Below, one piece after another: positions 29,578 to 40,690 of a stretch of 64,000 nt of DNA. The notes beneath the pieces are model-generated. The model searched no databases. It saw only the letters and a list, made by a program, of their open reading frames with translations, and was not told where the DNA came from. Origin of the DNA: Octopus sinensis (taxonomy: Eukaryota); NCBI RefSeq assembly GCF_006345805.1, contig NC_043005.1, positions 107,012,001-107,076,000 on the forward strand, given 5' to 3'. Numbering within the stretch: the stretch's first letter is position 1; the number at the start of each line of letters is the position of its first letter. A program made the translations under genes and the position numbers.

Positions 29578-31732
29578 TTTAGGCCAAAATGACCTAGTGT
29601 GATCTCTCACTCTTAAGACTACAGTGAGTTATTTGAGGATTTATATCTTAAATTTAGTATGTGAAACAACTGTATAGGATACATTTTGTAGGCTATATGC
29701 TTCGTTTCATATTAAACACAGTATGTATACGCTGCGCAGAATAATGGTAATGATTCTTATCATTAATTCCTATGTATATGTTAGTTACAGAAATTCTTGC
29801 ACAGGCAAAATTTGGTCAAGCATCCCTGCGATCAATAACGTTCTGGCTATGGGCATCTATTTCATCTACAATCTGTGCCTGAGATTACATTGTTCAACGT
29901 GTCTTTTTTTTAATATGTGACATTAGGATACTAAATGTAAAGGACTTTACTTTCGAATTTAGCTGGTATAACAGACACAAGGGAGTTCCTGTGTATGCTT
30001 GTATTTGATATTTTGAAAAATACTTCGAATTATATATTTTTAGTATATTTTCAGAAACGGAAAATCTCTTCATGCTTCCAGAAAAAAATTACTGATCAAT
30101 CTTTATTCCACTTTGAGAATTCTGCTGAACGTTGGACATGCTTTTAAGTGAGCTGGATAAGTTGGAGGTATCATTTTATAAGTGATGGAAGTTAGATTAT
30201 GAATAACAACAGTTTACTATTATTATCAAGAATGTTAATGATTTTAACATAGTTACAAGAACTAGATAGATTCCAATGGTTAACAGATTCTTCTTTACTC
30301 AGCCGTAGAAAAAAGATGAAGCGCAACTTCACTTTCATTGGAATTTGTAATCAATGCGCACTAAATATCATAAAGTATCTAAGGTTCCATCTCCCGATAC
30401 TGCAACAAAACATATTCTCCTTCATCTACACCCAATACCATATCACTTGCTGTACACCAATAATAACTTCTTTAGTTCATGTACCGTATTAATTGCGTTA
30501 AATGCTTTAGCTTTGGAGAGTGATCACGTTGAATGTGTGTAATATGATTTATTATTGGGAAAAAGAACTGCACAGTTAAATACCTAATAAAAATACACCC
30601 TACACAGCATAAACTATACATAATTACCATTAGACATTGAAACATTCAACACAGGAATACACACAAAAATAACCAGTAAGGTCATAACTGTCTAATTTTG
30701 TCAAAGAAACTAATGGAAGCTCTCTAACCAATATAAGCCGTTATGGAACATATAGATATTATGAATGTTTGGCTTGTGTCACTATCTTCTCGATGATTAT
30801 AATCTGAATGACACGCCGTGACATGTCTTAGATGACATTAGTGTGTTCAGGAAATCCCAGTGAGAAGTCTCACGCAATTAAAATGTCTAAACAAATGCGT
30901 GAGATTTTTACACCATCTCAGATGGTTTCTCCGGACACAGAATCGCTGCCTATATACCCAACATATCATTCCAGTTTCTGACTAAAAAAAACGAGTGAGA
31001 GATACTACATCGCAGAAGAAATGCAGCATTTCAGCATCGGTCAATATACAAACGACCACATGACGGTAAACATTATTTTCACTGCACTTCTTATCGAGGA
31101 ATATCAGCCTAACATCAGCCACTTGAAAGATCTCACATCTACTATCAATGCTTTTCCGGAAAAGCACTGCGACGCTATTCCATCTCGGCCATCAGAGAGA
31201 TCCATAGATCTAGAAGTTGGCGCGATGGAAAAATAGCGTGTGCGTCTCAAAATTCTATTTTCCTTTAAGGAGTAATATTTTCTTAATTACTTAAGATTTA
31301 GACTAAATAAGATATGATACCTAAGCATGATCCTCACTGTGTAGAACTTAACAAAGATTTCCATTGATTAGAAATGTTCATGTATTTGATTTGGTAAGCA
31401 TTACCACCTGAGTAACATTTTCCATTGATTGAAATTAGAATTTGTTATTTCATTATGAAATTAATCTTCACATAGAAAAAAAGAATGAAACTAAATATGA
31501 GTTTCAAAACGTTACTAATTCATATTTGTAGATGATTTCTTTGTACAAAAGAAGGTATACACCGTATATACCGTAGATGTATGGTCACACACACGCACAC
31601 GCACACATACACACACACACACGCACATATATATATATAATATATATATATATAATATATACACATATACATACAAATATATATGTGTGTATGTATATGT
31701 ATACACACACACACATATATATACATATATAT

Positions 31733-31835
31733 TAGACTTACAAAGAAGAAGTCCCAGGGTCAATATGTTCGACTAAAGGCAGTGCTTCAGCATGGCCTCA
31801 GTGAAATGACTGAAACAAGTAAAAGATAAAAGAAA
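31733..31835 (+). mobile_element. SINE family B 3' tail fragment
   Basis: gactaaaggcagtgcttcagcatggcc...aaatgactgaaacaagtaaaag. Confidence 0.75.
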
Positions 31836-32384
31836 GAAGATAGAAAATATATAAAAATAAGGGAAACGCACAGAAATTTTATGTAGGCTAGGGATGGGAG
31901 CGATCACTTCCCCTCGCAAATACTAATCGGACACAGAATGTGTGTCGTTAACTCGCTGGGAGAGATGTCTTCCTGGGGCTATAAACGTCAGTTGCACTGT
32001 CCCGTACAGGATGCCACACTTGGTTGGCAATTATATGTTACAATTCCGTATTGTGACTGTTTACATCTTGCTTAGAAATTTAATATAGCAATATGTGTGT
32101 GTGTATATGAGCTAAAATATTTTCTTTGTCGACCGGTTAAGCTTGTGTTAACAAGTCGTGATAATATTACAATCTCAGTCTATCATAACAAGTTTTCATT
32201 CCATGTTTGGATGAGAAAGGATATTGTGTCAATGAGTCAGGAGGCAAATCTATTTAAGGAGATGCAATTAGTTACTGTTATTATTAGAAGCAGAGAGATA
32301 GTTACCCTTATTTTGAAGGTGAATTGATTATATTTAGTTCTATAAGATATAAATTTATTAACTAAAATATTTACACAGTCAAAA

Positions 32385-32800
32385 AATGGTTGCATATACA
32401 TATTTAAGTGCGGTTGCTAGTTTTCAATGAGCTCTAGTATCTTTAACCGTTCTAGTACAAAAATTGTTTCATTGCATTGGTATATAGGGAAACTTTTGAA
32501 GCTTGGTTGGTGATTTCCCGCACAACTCTCTATGTGTTCCCGTAATGGTATTTGTCTTTATCTTGGGAACAGAAATGTTCCTTATGAAGTGTTGTTCTCC
32601 GTCTTAGAAGCATTCTTGTTTGATCTTTGTAGTTGTATCCACAATCTTAACCAAGTTATGCCGTAGACTAAGTTTTCGGATGTACAAGTAAACTCGGTCT
32701 TAATTTTGAATATTTGTGTTTGTTTAAAGTGGAATTCTGAACCTTTCAGTAGATTGGGACATGTTAAACACACACAAGGATTGCATTGAAATTTTGTTCT
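32385..32800 (-). pseudogene. Old Penelope-like GIY-YIG endonuclease relic
   Basis: CNPCVCLTCPNLLKGSEFHFKQTQIFKIKTEFTCTSENLVYGIT / DCGYNYKDQT..LRRRTTLH / RQIPLREHIESCAGNHQPSFKSFPIYQ...QPHLN aligns residue-for-residue with the peptide in the palindrome. Confidence 0.85.
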
Positions 32801-32879
32801 TAGTTGATTTCTTTATCAGAAGTTTTCCATGTAGGTGAAGTAATGATGAAAGATTTTGTCATTATTTTCTTTTACTGTA

Positions 32880-33066
32880 GGCGCAGAGATAGGTGTGTGG
32901 TAAGAAGGTTGCTACTGAACACCATATGGTTCAGGGCTCAATCCCAATGAGTGACACCTTGGGCATATGTTTCTACTATAATCTCAAGCCAGTCAAACAC
33001 TTGTGAGTTGATTTGGTAGACAGAAACAGAAAAAAACCTGTCGCATATATATATATATATATATAT
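32880..33066 (+). mobile_element. SINE family B 5' half (split by the PLE palindrome)
   Basis: ggcgcagag..ggtgtgtggtaag...ggttcagggctcaatccc...gacaccttgggca...gatttggtagacagaaac...gtcg(TA)n matches the head of 47018-47412 and 61121-61584. Confidence 0.8.
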
Positions 33067-34333
33067 GTATAAGGGTGGAAAGGAACACACGAGTTGATAT
33101 ATATGAAAAAACAAGTCAAAAATAGAAAATGCTAAGATGATTTTATAGTGAATCTTTCAGTACCGGTTTCGGTCATTTTGAGACCTTTTCAACTGTAACG
33201 ATTAAATAATTAAATTTAGAAAAATTTTGAAAAATTTTTTTAAAATTTAGAAGAAAGGTTTTTTTAAAAGAATACTTCCATAGTAGTGTTCAGATATAGG
33301 TGGCATTCTGCCTTTCTCTGACTCCCTTGTTTGCACTTGTGTATTCGAGGCCGTTGTGAGTTCTTGAGGGGGTGGGAGTGGGAAAATCTGGGCTGGTCAG
33401 TGGCGACCGGCAGTCGCTGCGTAGGCGTTATACTTAAAGACATTAGTGACAAGGCTAAGGGGTAGAAGGTGGAGAAGTAGAAGAAGAAGAAGAAGATGAC
33501 GGTGCCGATGATGATGACGATGAAGAAGAAGAAGGAGAAGGAGAAGATGACGATGATGATGGTGGTGATGACGATGACGATGATGAAGATGATAATGATG
33601 ATGATGAAGAAGAAGAGGAAGAAGAAGAAAAAAACAGAGAAGGGAGAATATGAATGGGTGAAGATATAGCTGTGATGGGGCGATTAGTAATGGATTCTAT
33701 GGAATGTAATATTTGTGTGTGTATATATATTTCTTTTATTCTTAAGTTGAGGTATATTAATTGTTTGTCGTAGACCCGTTAAGAAGTGGCCTGTATTTTA
33801 TAATAAAGGATTTTCTTTACTTATTCGTTGTCTCGAGGTTGTATCGTCCCTAAATTGGTAGAGGGGGAAAATTCTGAAGTTTGGTGTTTTTTTTGTTGGC
33901 GCAAGTATCTATGTGTTGGCTAAAAGCTATTTTTCTGTTTTGGGGAATTTTTATCTGGGATCTGTGCAGGGCCATTCGTTTACGCAAACCATTTTTTGTT
34001 TGGCCTATGTACTGCTCTTGACACCCGGAGCAGGTTAGTGAGTATATTAGGTTCTCCGAAGCACATGTGAAGTTGCTTTTCACTGTAAACCGTTGTCCCT
34101 GTTTGAAGGAGAACTCAGAACCCTCGATTAGATAGTCGCATATCCCGCAATTGGGTCTTCCACATTTTTTTACTGTTGGCTTCTGTGTTGAAGAGTGAAT
34201 TCGGGCTTGTGCTAGGAGACTTTTCATGGATCTAGGCTGTCTTTTGCTTTTTATGATCGTGTTTGTTTGGAGGATTGTGTTCATTCTGTGGTCGTTTTTT
34301 AGGAGGGGTATGTTGTGGAGGATGGTGCCGAAG
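33067..34333 (-). mobile_element. Penelope-like element 3' half, left arm of palindrome
   Basis: GIY-YIG coding region, 3' region and hammerhead motif; reverse complement of 34335-35570. Confidence 0.9.
33151..33203 (-). ncRNA. Minimal type I hammerhead ribozyme motif (U3:A8 variant), copy 1
   Basis: Minus strand aatcgttaCAG-TTGAAAA-GGTC tcaaaat GACC-GAAA-CCGG-TA-CTGaaagatt, identical to copy 2. Confidence 0.75.
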
Positions 34334-34341
34334 GCTTCGTT
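33757..34341 (-). pseudogene. PLE C-terminal GIY-YIG endonuclease domain with C..C/H..H motif (RT absent)
   Basis: KKCGRPNCGICDYL...NLIYSLTCSGCQEQYIGQT...RMALH...QHIDTCA...FRIFPLYQ...KYRPLLNGSTTNN*; two single-base indels. Confidence 0.9.
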
Positions 34342-34909
34342 ACCATCCTCCATAACATACCACTCCTAAAAAAAGACCACAGAATGAACACAATCCTCCA
34401 AACACAAACGATCATAAAAAGCAAAAGACAGCCTAGATCCATGAAAAGTCTCCTAACACAAGCCCGAATTCACTCTTCAACACAGAAGCCGACAGTAAAA
34501 AAATGTGGAAGACCCAATTGCGGGATATGCGACTATCTAATCGAGGGTTCTGAGTTCTCCTTCAAACAGGGACAACGGTTTACAGTGAAAAGCAACTTCA
34601 CATGTGCTTCGGAGAACCTAATATACTCACTAACCTGCTCCGGTGTCAAGAGCAGTACATAGGCCAAACAAAAAATGGTTTGCGTAAACGAATGGCCCTG
34701 CACAGATCCCAGATAAAAATTCCCCAAAACAGAAAAATAGCTTTTAGCCAACACATAGATACTTGCGCAACAAAAAAACACCAAACTTCAGAATTTTCCC
34801 CCTCTACCAATTTAGGGACGATACAACCTCGAGACAACGAATAAGTAAAGAAAATCTCTTTATTATAAAATACAGGCCACTTCTTAACGGGTCTACGACA
34901 AACAATTAA
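34330..34909 (+). pseudogene. PLE C-terminal GIY-YIG endonuclease domain, right-arm copy
   Basis: Same peptide on plus strand; two -1 indels (GGG>GG at ~34642, GCC>GC at ~34768); TAA at 34907-34909. Confidence 0.9.
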
Positions 34910-35562
34910 TATACCTCAACTTAAGAATAAAAGAAATATATATACACACACAAATATTACATTCCATAGAATCCATTACTAATCGCCCCATCACAGCTAT
35001 ATCTTCACCCATTTATATTCTCCCTTCTCTGTTTTTTTTCTTCCTCTTCCTCTTCTTCTTCATCATCATCATTATCATCATCATCGTCGTCATCGTCATC
35101 ACCACCATCATCATCGTCATCTTCTCCTTCTCCTTCTTCTTCTTCATCGTCATCATCATCGGCACCGTCATCTTCTTCTTCTTCTTCTACTTCTCCACCT
35201 TCTACCCCTTAGCCTTGTCACTAATGTCTTTAAGAATAACGCCTACGCAGCGACTGCCGGTCGCCACTGACCAGCCCAGATTTTCCCACTCCCACCCCCT
35301 CAAGAACTCACAACGACCTCGAATACACAAGTGCAAACAAGGGAGTCAGAGAAAGGCAGAATGCCACCTATATCTGAACACTACTATGGAAGTATTCCTT
35401 TAAAAAAACCTTTCTTCTAAATTTAAAAAAAATTTTTCTAAATTTTTCTAAATTTAATTATTTAATCGTTACAGTTGAAAAGGTCTCAAAATGACCGAAA
35501 CCGGTACTGAAAGATTCACTATAAAATCATCTTAGCATTTTCTATTTTTGACTTGTTTTTTC

Positions 35563-35570
<8 letters not shown>
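34335..35570 (+). mobile_element. Penelope-like element 3' half, right arm of palindrome
   Basis: About 98% identical to the left arm by manual comparison (approximate); ends in (TA)n. Confidence 0.9.
35464..35516 (+). ncRNA. Minimal type I hammerhead ribozyme motif (U3:A8 variant), copy 2
   Basis: Stem I CAG/CTG extended by TT/AA and AATC/GATT; core TTGAAAA 35475-35481; stem II GGTC/GACC; GAAA 35497-35500; palindromic ACCGGT; predicted cleavage after GUA (35506); located downstream of a PLE ORF, as known for PLE hammerheads. Confidence 0.75.
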
Positions 35571-35594
<24 letters not shown>

Positions 35595-35639
35595 ATCTAA
35601 ATATGTATATATATACATATACATATACATACATATATA

Positions 35640-35875
35640 TATATATATTTATGTGTGTGTTCTGTGTTTGCCACCCCCCATTTTGACAATCGATGCTGGT
35701 GTGCTTACGTCCCCGTGAATTAGCGGTTCGGCACAAGTGACCGATAGTATAAGTACTAGGCTTATAAAGAATAAGTCTCGGGGTCGATTTCTTCGACTAA
35801 AATCCTTTAAGGCATTGCTCCAGCATGGCTGCAGTCAATTTACTGACACAAATAAAAGAATAAAACAATAAAAGA
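35640..35875 (+). mobile_element. SINE family B 3' half (continuation of 32880-33066)
   Basis: gtgtgttctgtgtttg...gatgctggtgtg...gcggttcggcac...gctccagcatggctgcagtcaa...aataaaag; same strand as the head. Confidence 0.8.
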
Positions 35876-36265
35876 ATTATTTTTGTCATATTCTTAACTA
35901 TTGTTTACTACGCTTTCGTAATAGAAAAATGGAGCAACTATTTTCCTTGCTTTTAATAATAACATTCACTAATTACCTCCGCTAAAAGTTATTTTACCTC
36001 CTGAGTCATGTACAAAACAAACTTTCTCCTGCGAACATGGAATAAAGACTTCTCGTGATAGCATGGAATTATAACATTATCGCTAACTTCCTAGTCATGA
36101 TGAGCAAAAGGGAAGCACTTGGACTGTGTAAATAGTTTATTTCGGAAAAAAATATGTACATATTTTGTCCAACATTAAATTTCTCTGCATTTCCTTTTTC
36201 ATATTTGTGGCTACACTTCAGCACGTGGAAAAATGTGTCCTTATCTAAACTTTCCAACATATATA

Positions 36266-37170
36266 CGTGGTCTGATCAATAAGTATTTGGGCTGTTCCCA
36301 TAGTAACGAAGCTATAGCTCATAGAGTATTGCCGCTTGGTACAGATTATCGTATAACACTGTTGTGCATGCGCACTGAGTTTTAACGTTCTAACTCACTT
36401 CTGCTGTTTACAGCAGTGCTTGGAAGGAAGGTGTGTAGCATGTGATTGTCACATTGCCAATGACAGAGAAATTTGAGCAGTGAATTTGCATCAAATTTTG
36501 CCAAAATCCTGGCGACAACTGCTCAGAAGCCTATCCAATGTTTACAAAGAGTTGAAATCGTTCTCGATACAATTAAGAAGATATTGTGCAACTGAAATCC
36601 GAGTCTTTTTTGGTCAGCTCAAAGCAGTTTCGACACAAGCTTGGCAGACAAGTGTCTCATACCCAAATCTTCAGGAATAATGGAATTAACTGAACCGTAA
36701 CTAATCTGCACAGCCTCTGATAAATGACGGATGATGATTCGACGACCTCCCCTCACAGCTGCACGCAAATCTGCCATAATTTGCTCAGCTCTGCTGGTTG
36801 CGGGTCTCTCAGAACATTCATCAATATCAACACCTTTAGACCATCTTGGAAACGTCTAAAATACTCGTACGCTTATGTGCAGCTTATGTACACTTCACTT
36901 ATGTGCAACCTTTCCGTATACTTTCTGCAACTTTGCGTAGGCCTCTGAGCAGGTAATACCAAGACAACTTTCTCTGTCATGGTCAATGCGACGATTACAC
37001 GCTACACACTTTCCTCCCAAGCACTGTTGTAAACAGCGGAAGTGAGCTAGAACGTTAATACTTAGTGCGCATGCGCAGCACTATTCGAGGTCATTCTTTG
37101 CCCAGTGGCTTCAGACTGCTTGCTTCAGCTTCGTTACTATGGCAACAGTCCGAATAGTTATTAATCAGAC

Positions 37171-37173
<3 letters not shown>
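36266..37173. mobile_element. Mariner derivative made of two convergent 5' ends
   Basis: Plus 36266-~36549: TIR, 5'UTR, MTEKFEQ*ICIKFCQNPGDNCSEAY; minus 37173-~36541: related TIR/UTR, MTEKV..CSEAYAKLQKVYG..RPATSR..EDLGMRHLSAKLVSKLL; TA at both ends. Confidence 0.8.
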
Positions 37174-37221
<48 letters not shown>

Positions 37222-37975
37222 ATATAAATATTTATAAATGATAATATATTGCTACTGCCTACATATCACGTATGACCATGGACCTTAATGGAACATTCGT
37301 TCAACATTTGAGCTCATATAAAACATTTACAATGTACTATATTCTTTAAAAGACTTTTCGATAATTTTATTATTAAATTCACAATGGAAAAACCAGACAA
37401 GGTATAAGCATTTTCTGAAGCACAAATATATATACTTTAATATAAAATATCTTGAGGTTTGGGCCTAAATGTAAAAATGATAACGCTCAAGAAAAAAGAA
37501 CATGGTCAGTGCATAATCAAAAACATAGATTTGAAAGATATTATCTCCCTTAAGCTTTCACTTTCTTCAATACCAGTGATTTAGACTTGTTATCCTCTTA
37601 AGAATAAAACGTCTCAGGAAGAAGATGTAATTTCAAAAGAAATTACGTGTTATATACCTTCTATGTGTTTTACGATTCTTAATAGATTTCTAACATTCTA
37701 TTAGTCTTCAAAATAACCGTAGATTTCCATGGGTACTGCTAATATATCTCTTTGTGAGCGTGTATGAAAGAAATAATCATGTATTTGTGTTTTCATGTAA
37801 ATTCAATTGTAATCAAGATTAATGTAACGCACAGCATTACTGATGACCACAAATACAAGTAAGGATTTGATGAGAACATTGCTTTGGGATTAATGTCCGA
37901 CTTCTATTACACCCTACACACAAACACACACAATATTAGCTAAAACAAATATGATTATGAATATGGATATGTACG

Positions 37976-38029
<54 letters not shown>

Positions 38030-38309
38030 TTATTTGTGTATATATATATGTATGTATATGTATGTATACAGTGATCTGATTTCTTATGTTTAAAGTAAAA
38101 TTCCTTTATATAACGGAATCCAATTACTCGAATGTTGTTCTCGGACATAATTCAAGTTGGCACAATAAGGTTAGGCCATATTAAGCCTAGAAATCTCTTC
38201 TCTGTTTAGTGCACCGTGCCAATGTGTTACGTCATATTCCTCGCCAATGAACCGATATTTCTCACTCATATAAATATATACATTGCACACAAACAATTAC
38301 GCAGACTCG

Positions 38310-38387
38310 ATACTAATGCATATATATATATACATATATGACATTTATACATACATATATATGTTTGTGTGTGGTGTGTTTATATAC

Positions 38388-38426
<39 letters not shown>

Positions 38427-38429
38427 ATA

Positions 38430-38460
<31 letters not shown>

Positions 38461-38646
38461 ATATAAGTATATATCTACCTATCTATCTATCTCTCTCTAT
38501 ATATATACATATAGATGTGTGTGTGTGTGTGTGTGTATGTATAATACGTGTATATGTTCACACATGAATGAATAAAATTTTTGAGATACATATACGTAGT
38601 AATATATCTAGATAAATACGTATAAACACAAATACACATGCACACA

Positions 38647-38706
<60 letters not shown>

Positions 38707-39632
38707 ATATATATGTGTGTGTGTGTGTATATGTATATATATGTATGATGATTGATGTGTGTATATGAATATATCTGGAGCTTAATTTGTGCCACTAGAC
38801 CGATAGATATTTAAATCAATCATGATAGGACTATATGAAATAAAACAACACACTCACATACAAAAAAGAAAACCTGAAGATGCAATGCCATTGATTTCTA
38901 CTCTAACTTTTAGATTTCGGTTCCCTACTGACATCAGCTGAACGATTCCTTATTTTTCTTATTCTTCTTATTCTTCCTATTCTTCTTAGCAGAGTTTTTA
39001 CTTCGTTTAACTCCGTTAAATAACGTTCTTCTTGTGATCACTGTCGCTAGATGGATTTGATGTAATAATTATTGTTGTTTATTATTAGGCTCAAGTAGAA
39101 TCCCTCTATGTTTTTTGTTCTTTTGTTTTGTTTCTTGGCAGAATTACGTAAAGATTCTTAAATAGTAATCTGATTATAGCTATGTATATCTACACACACA
39201 CACCACACCACACACACCACACACATATATATATATTATATATATATATATATATTATTATATATATATATATATATATTTATTTATATATATATATATA
39301 TGTGTGTGTATATATGTATATATGTGATAATGTATATATGAATGCATGTATATATGTGTACATATGTGTATATATACACACATACACTTAGATGTATACA
39401 CACATGCAAACACACAGAGAAACGCACACAGACACACAAGGACAAATATATACATACATACACACACACATATTCCACACATCTCTTAGATATTTGAGTT
39501 TGATAAATGGCAAATCTCTAGTAGTCATTGTTTTATTTACTCTTTTTCTTTACATATTACTTCATTTTATTTCTTCCGGAAGAATAAACAGTAGAGGCGT
39601 GGCGCGTTATTTAAAATATATCTCCATATATA

Positions 39633-39695
<63 letters not shown>

Positions 39696-39698
39696 ATA

Positions 39699-39753
<55 letters not shown>

Positions 39754-39784
39754 AATATATGTACATATATTATAATAAATATTC

Positions 39785-39823
<39 letters not shown>

Positions 39824-39833
39824 ATACACTATA

Positions 39834-39895
<62 letters not shown>

Positions 39896-39900
39896 TTGAA
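38310..39900. repeat. Cluster of (TA)n/(TG)n microsatellite fields
   Basis: Direct reading; interleaved with short unique blocks. Confidence 0.85.
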
Positions 39901-40349
39901 AGCAACAAGGTATGTGTGTGTGTATCGGTTTAGACATTCGCAAATACTCGTATGCGTAAATTTTAAAGTATTTTCCATGCATTGCTTCGTTTGTTCTAAG
40001 ACGTGATTTTGCAGTAAATAACGAAGAGGAAAGAAAAAACATATATATGATACAATTAAAGCGTACAACGATAAAATAATAAATATCAAGAGGAAAATAC
40101 TAGATAAAACGGAAATCCATCGAACCTGTCAGACTATCATTTAGCACTTGCAGACAATTGTCTACATGAAATGAAAGGAATAAGTAACTTCCATTGAAAA
40201 TGGTCGACTCCGACTATTCTAGTGGGAGTGATTAACAATATTTTACAGTTGTCTTGCTGAGTTTTTTCGTTAACGCTATCCATCTGAGTTAGCATCGCCA
40301 TTATTATTGTTGCTGACGTTAATAATAATAACATTATTAGTATTGTTAT

Positions 40350-40360
40350 TGTTATCATTG

Positions 40361-40436
<76 letters not shown>

Positions 40437-40456
40437 CATCATTATTATTATTATTA

Positions 40457-40487
<31 letters not shown>

Positions 40488-40615
40488 CATCATCATCAAT
40501 ATTATTATTATTATTATTATTATCATTATTATTATTATTATCATCATCATCAATGTTAATATTATTAGTATTTATTACTGTTATTCATATTCATATTATT
40601 ATTATTATTATTATT

Positions 40616-40648
<33 letters not shown>

Positions 40649-40690
40649 ATCGTTGATGTTGTTGTTATCATTATGACTATTACTATTATT
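40350..40690. repeat. (ATT)n/(ATC)n/(GTT)n tract
   Basis: Direct reading. Confidence 0.95.

Noticed and set aside
30868-31236. 9-bp hairpin and 71-aa ORF with faint Tc1-like words
   Set aside because: Motif order inconsistent with a transposase; similarity too weak
33097-35570. A-to-I editing footprint in the differences between palindrome arms
   Set aside because: Differences include transversions and both transition directions; no A>G bias visible
33067-35570. Palindrome as a pure long-read fold-back artefact
   Set aside because: Symmetry ends at the element termini, the flanking SINE halves are colinear, and the arms differ by substitutions; still worth confirming with reads
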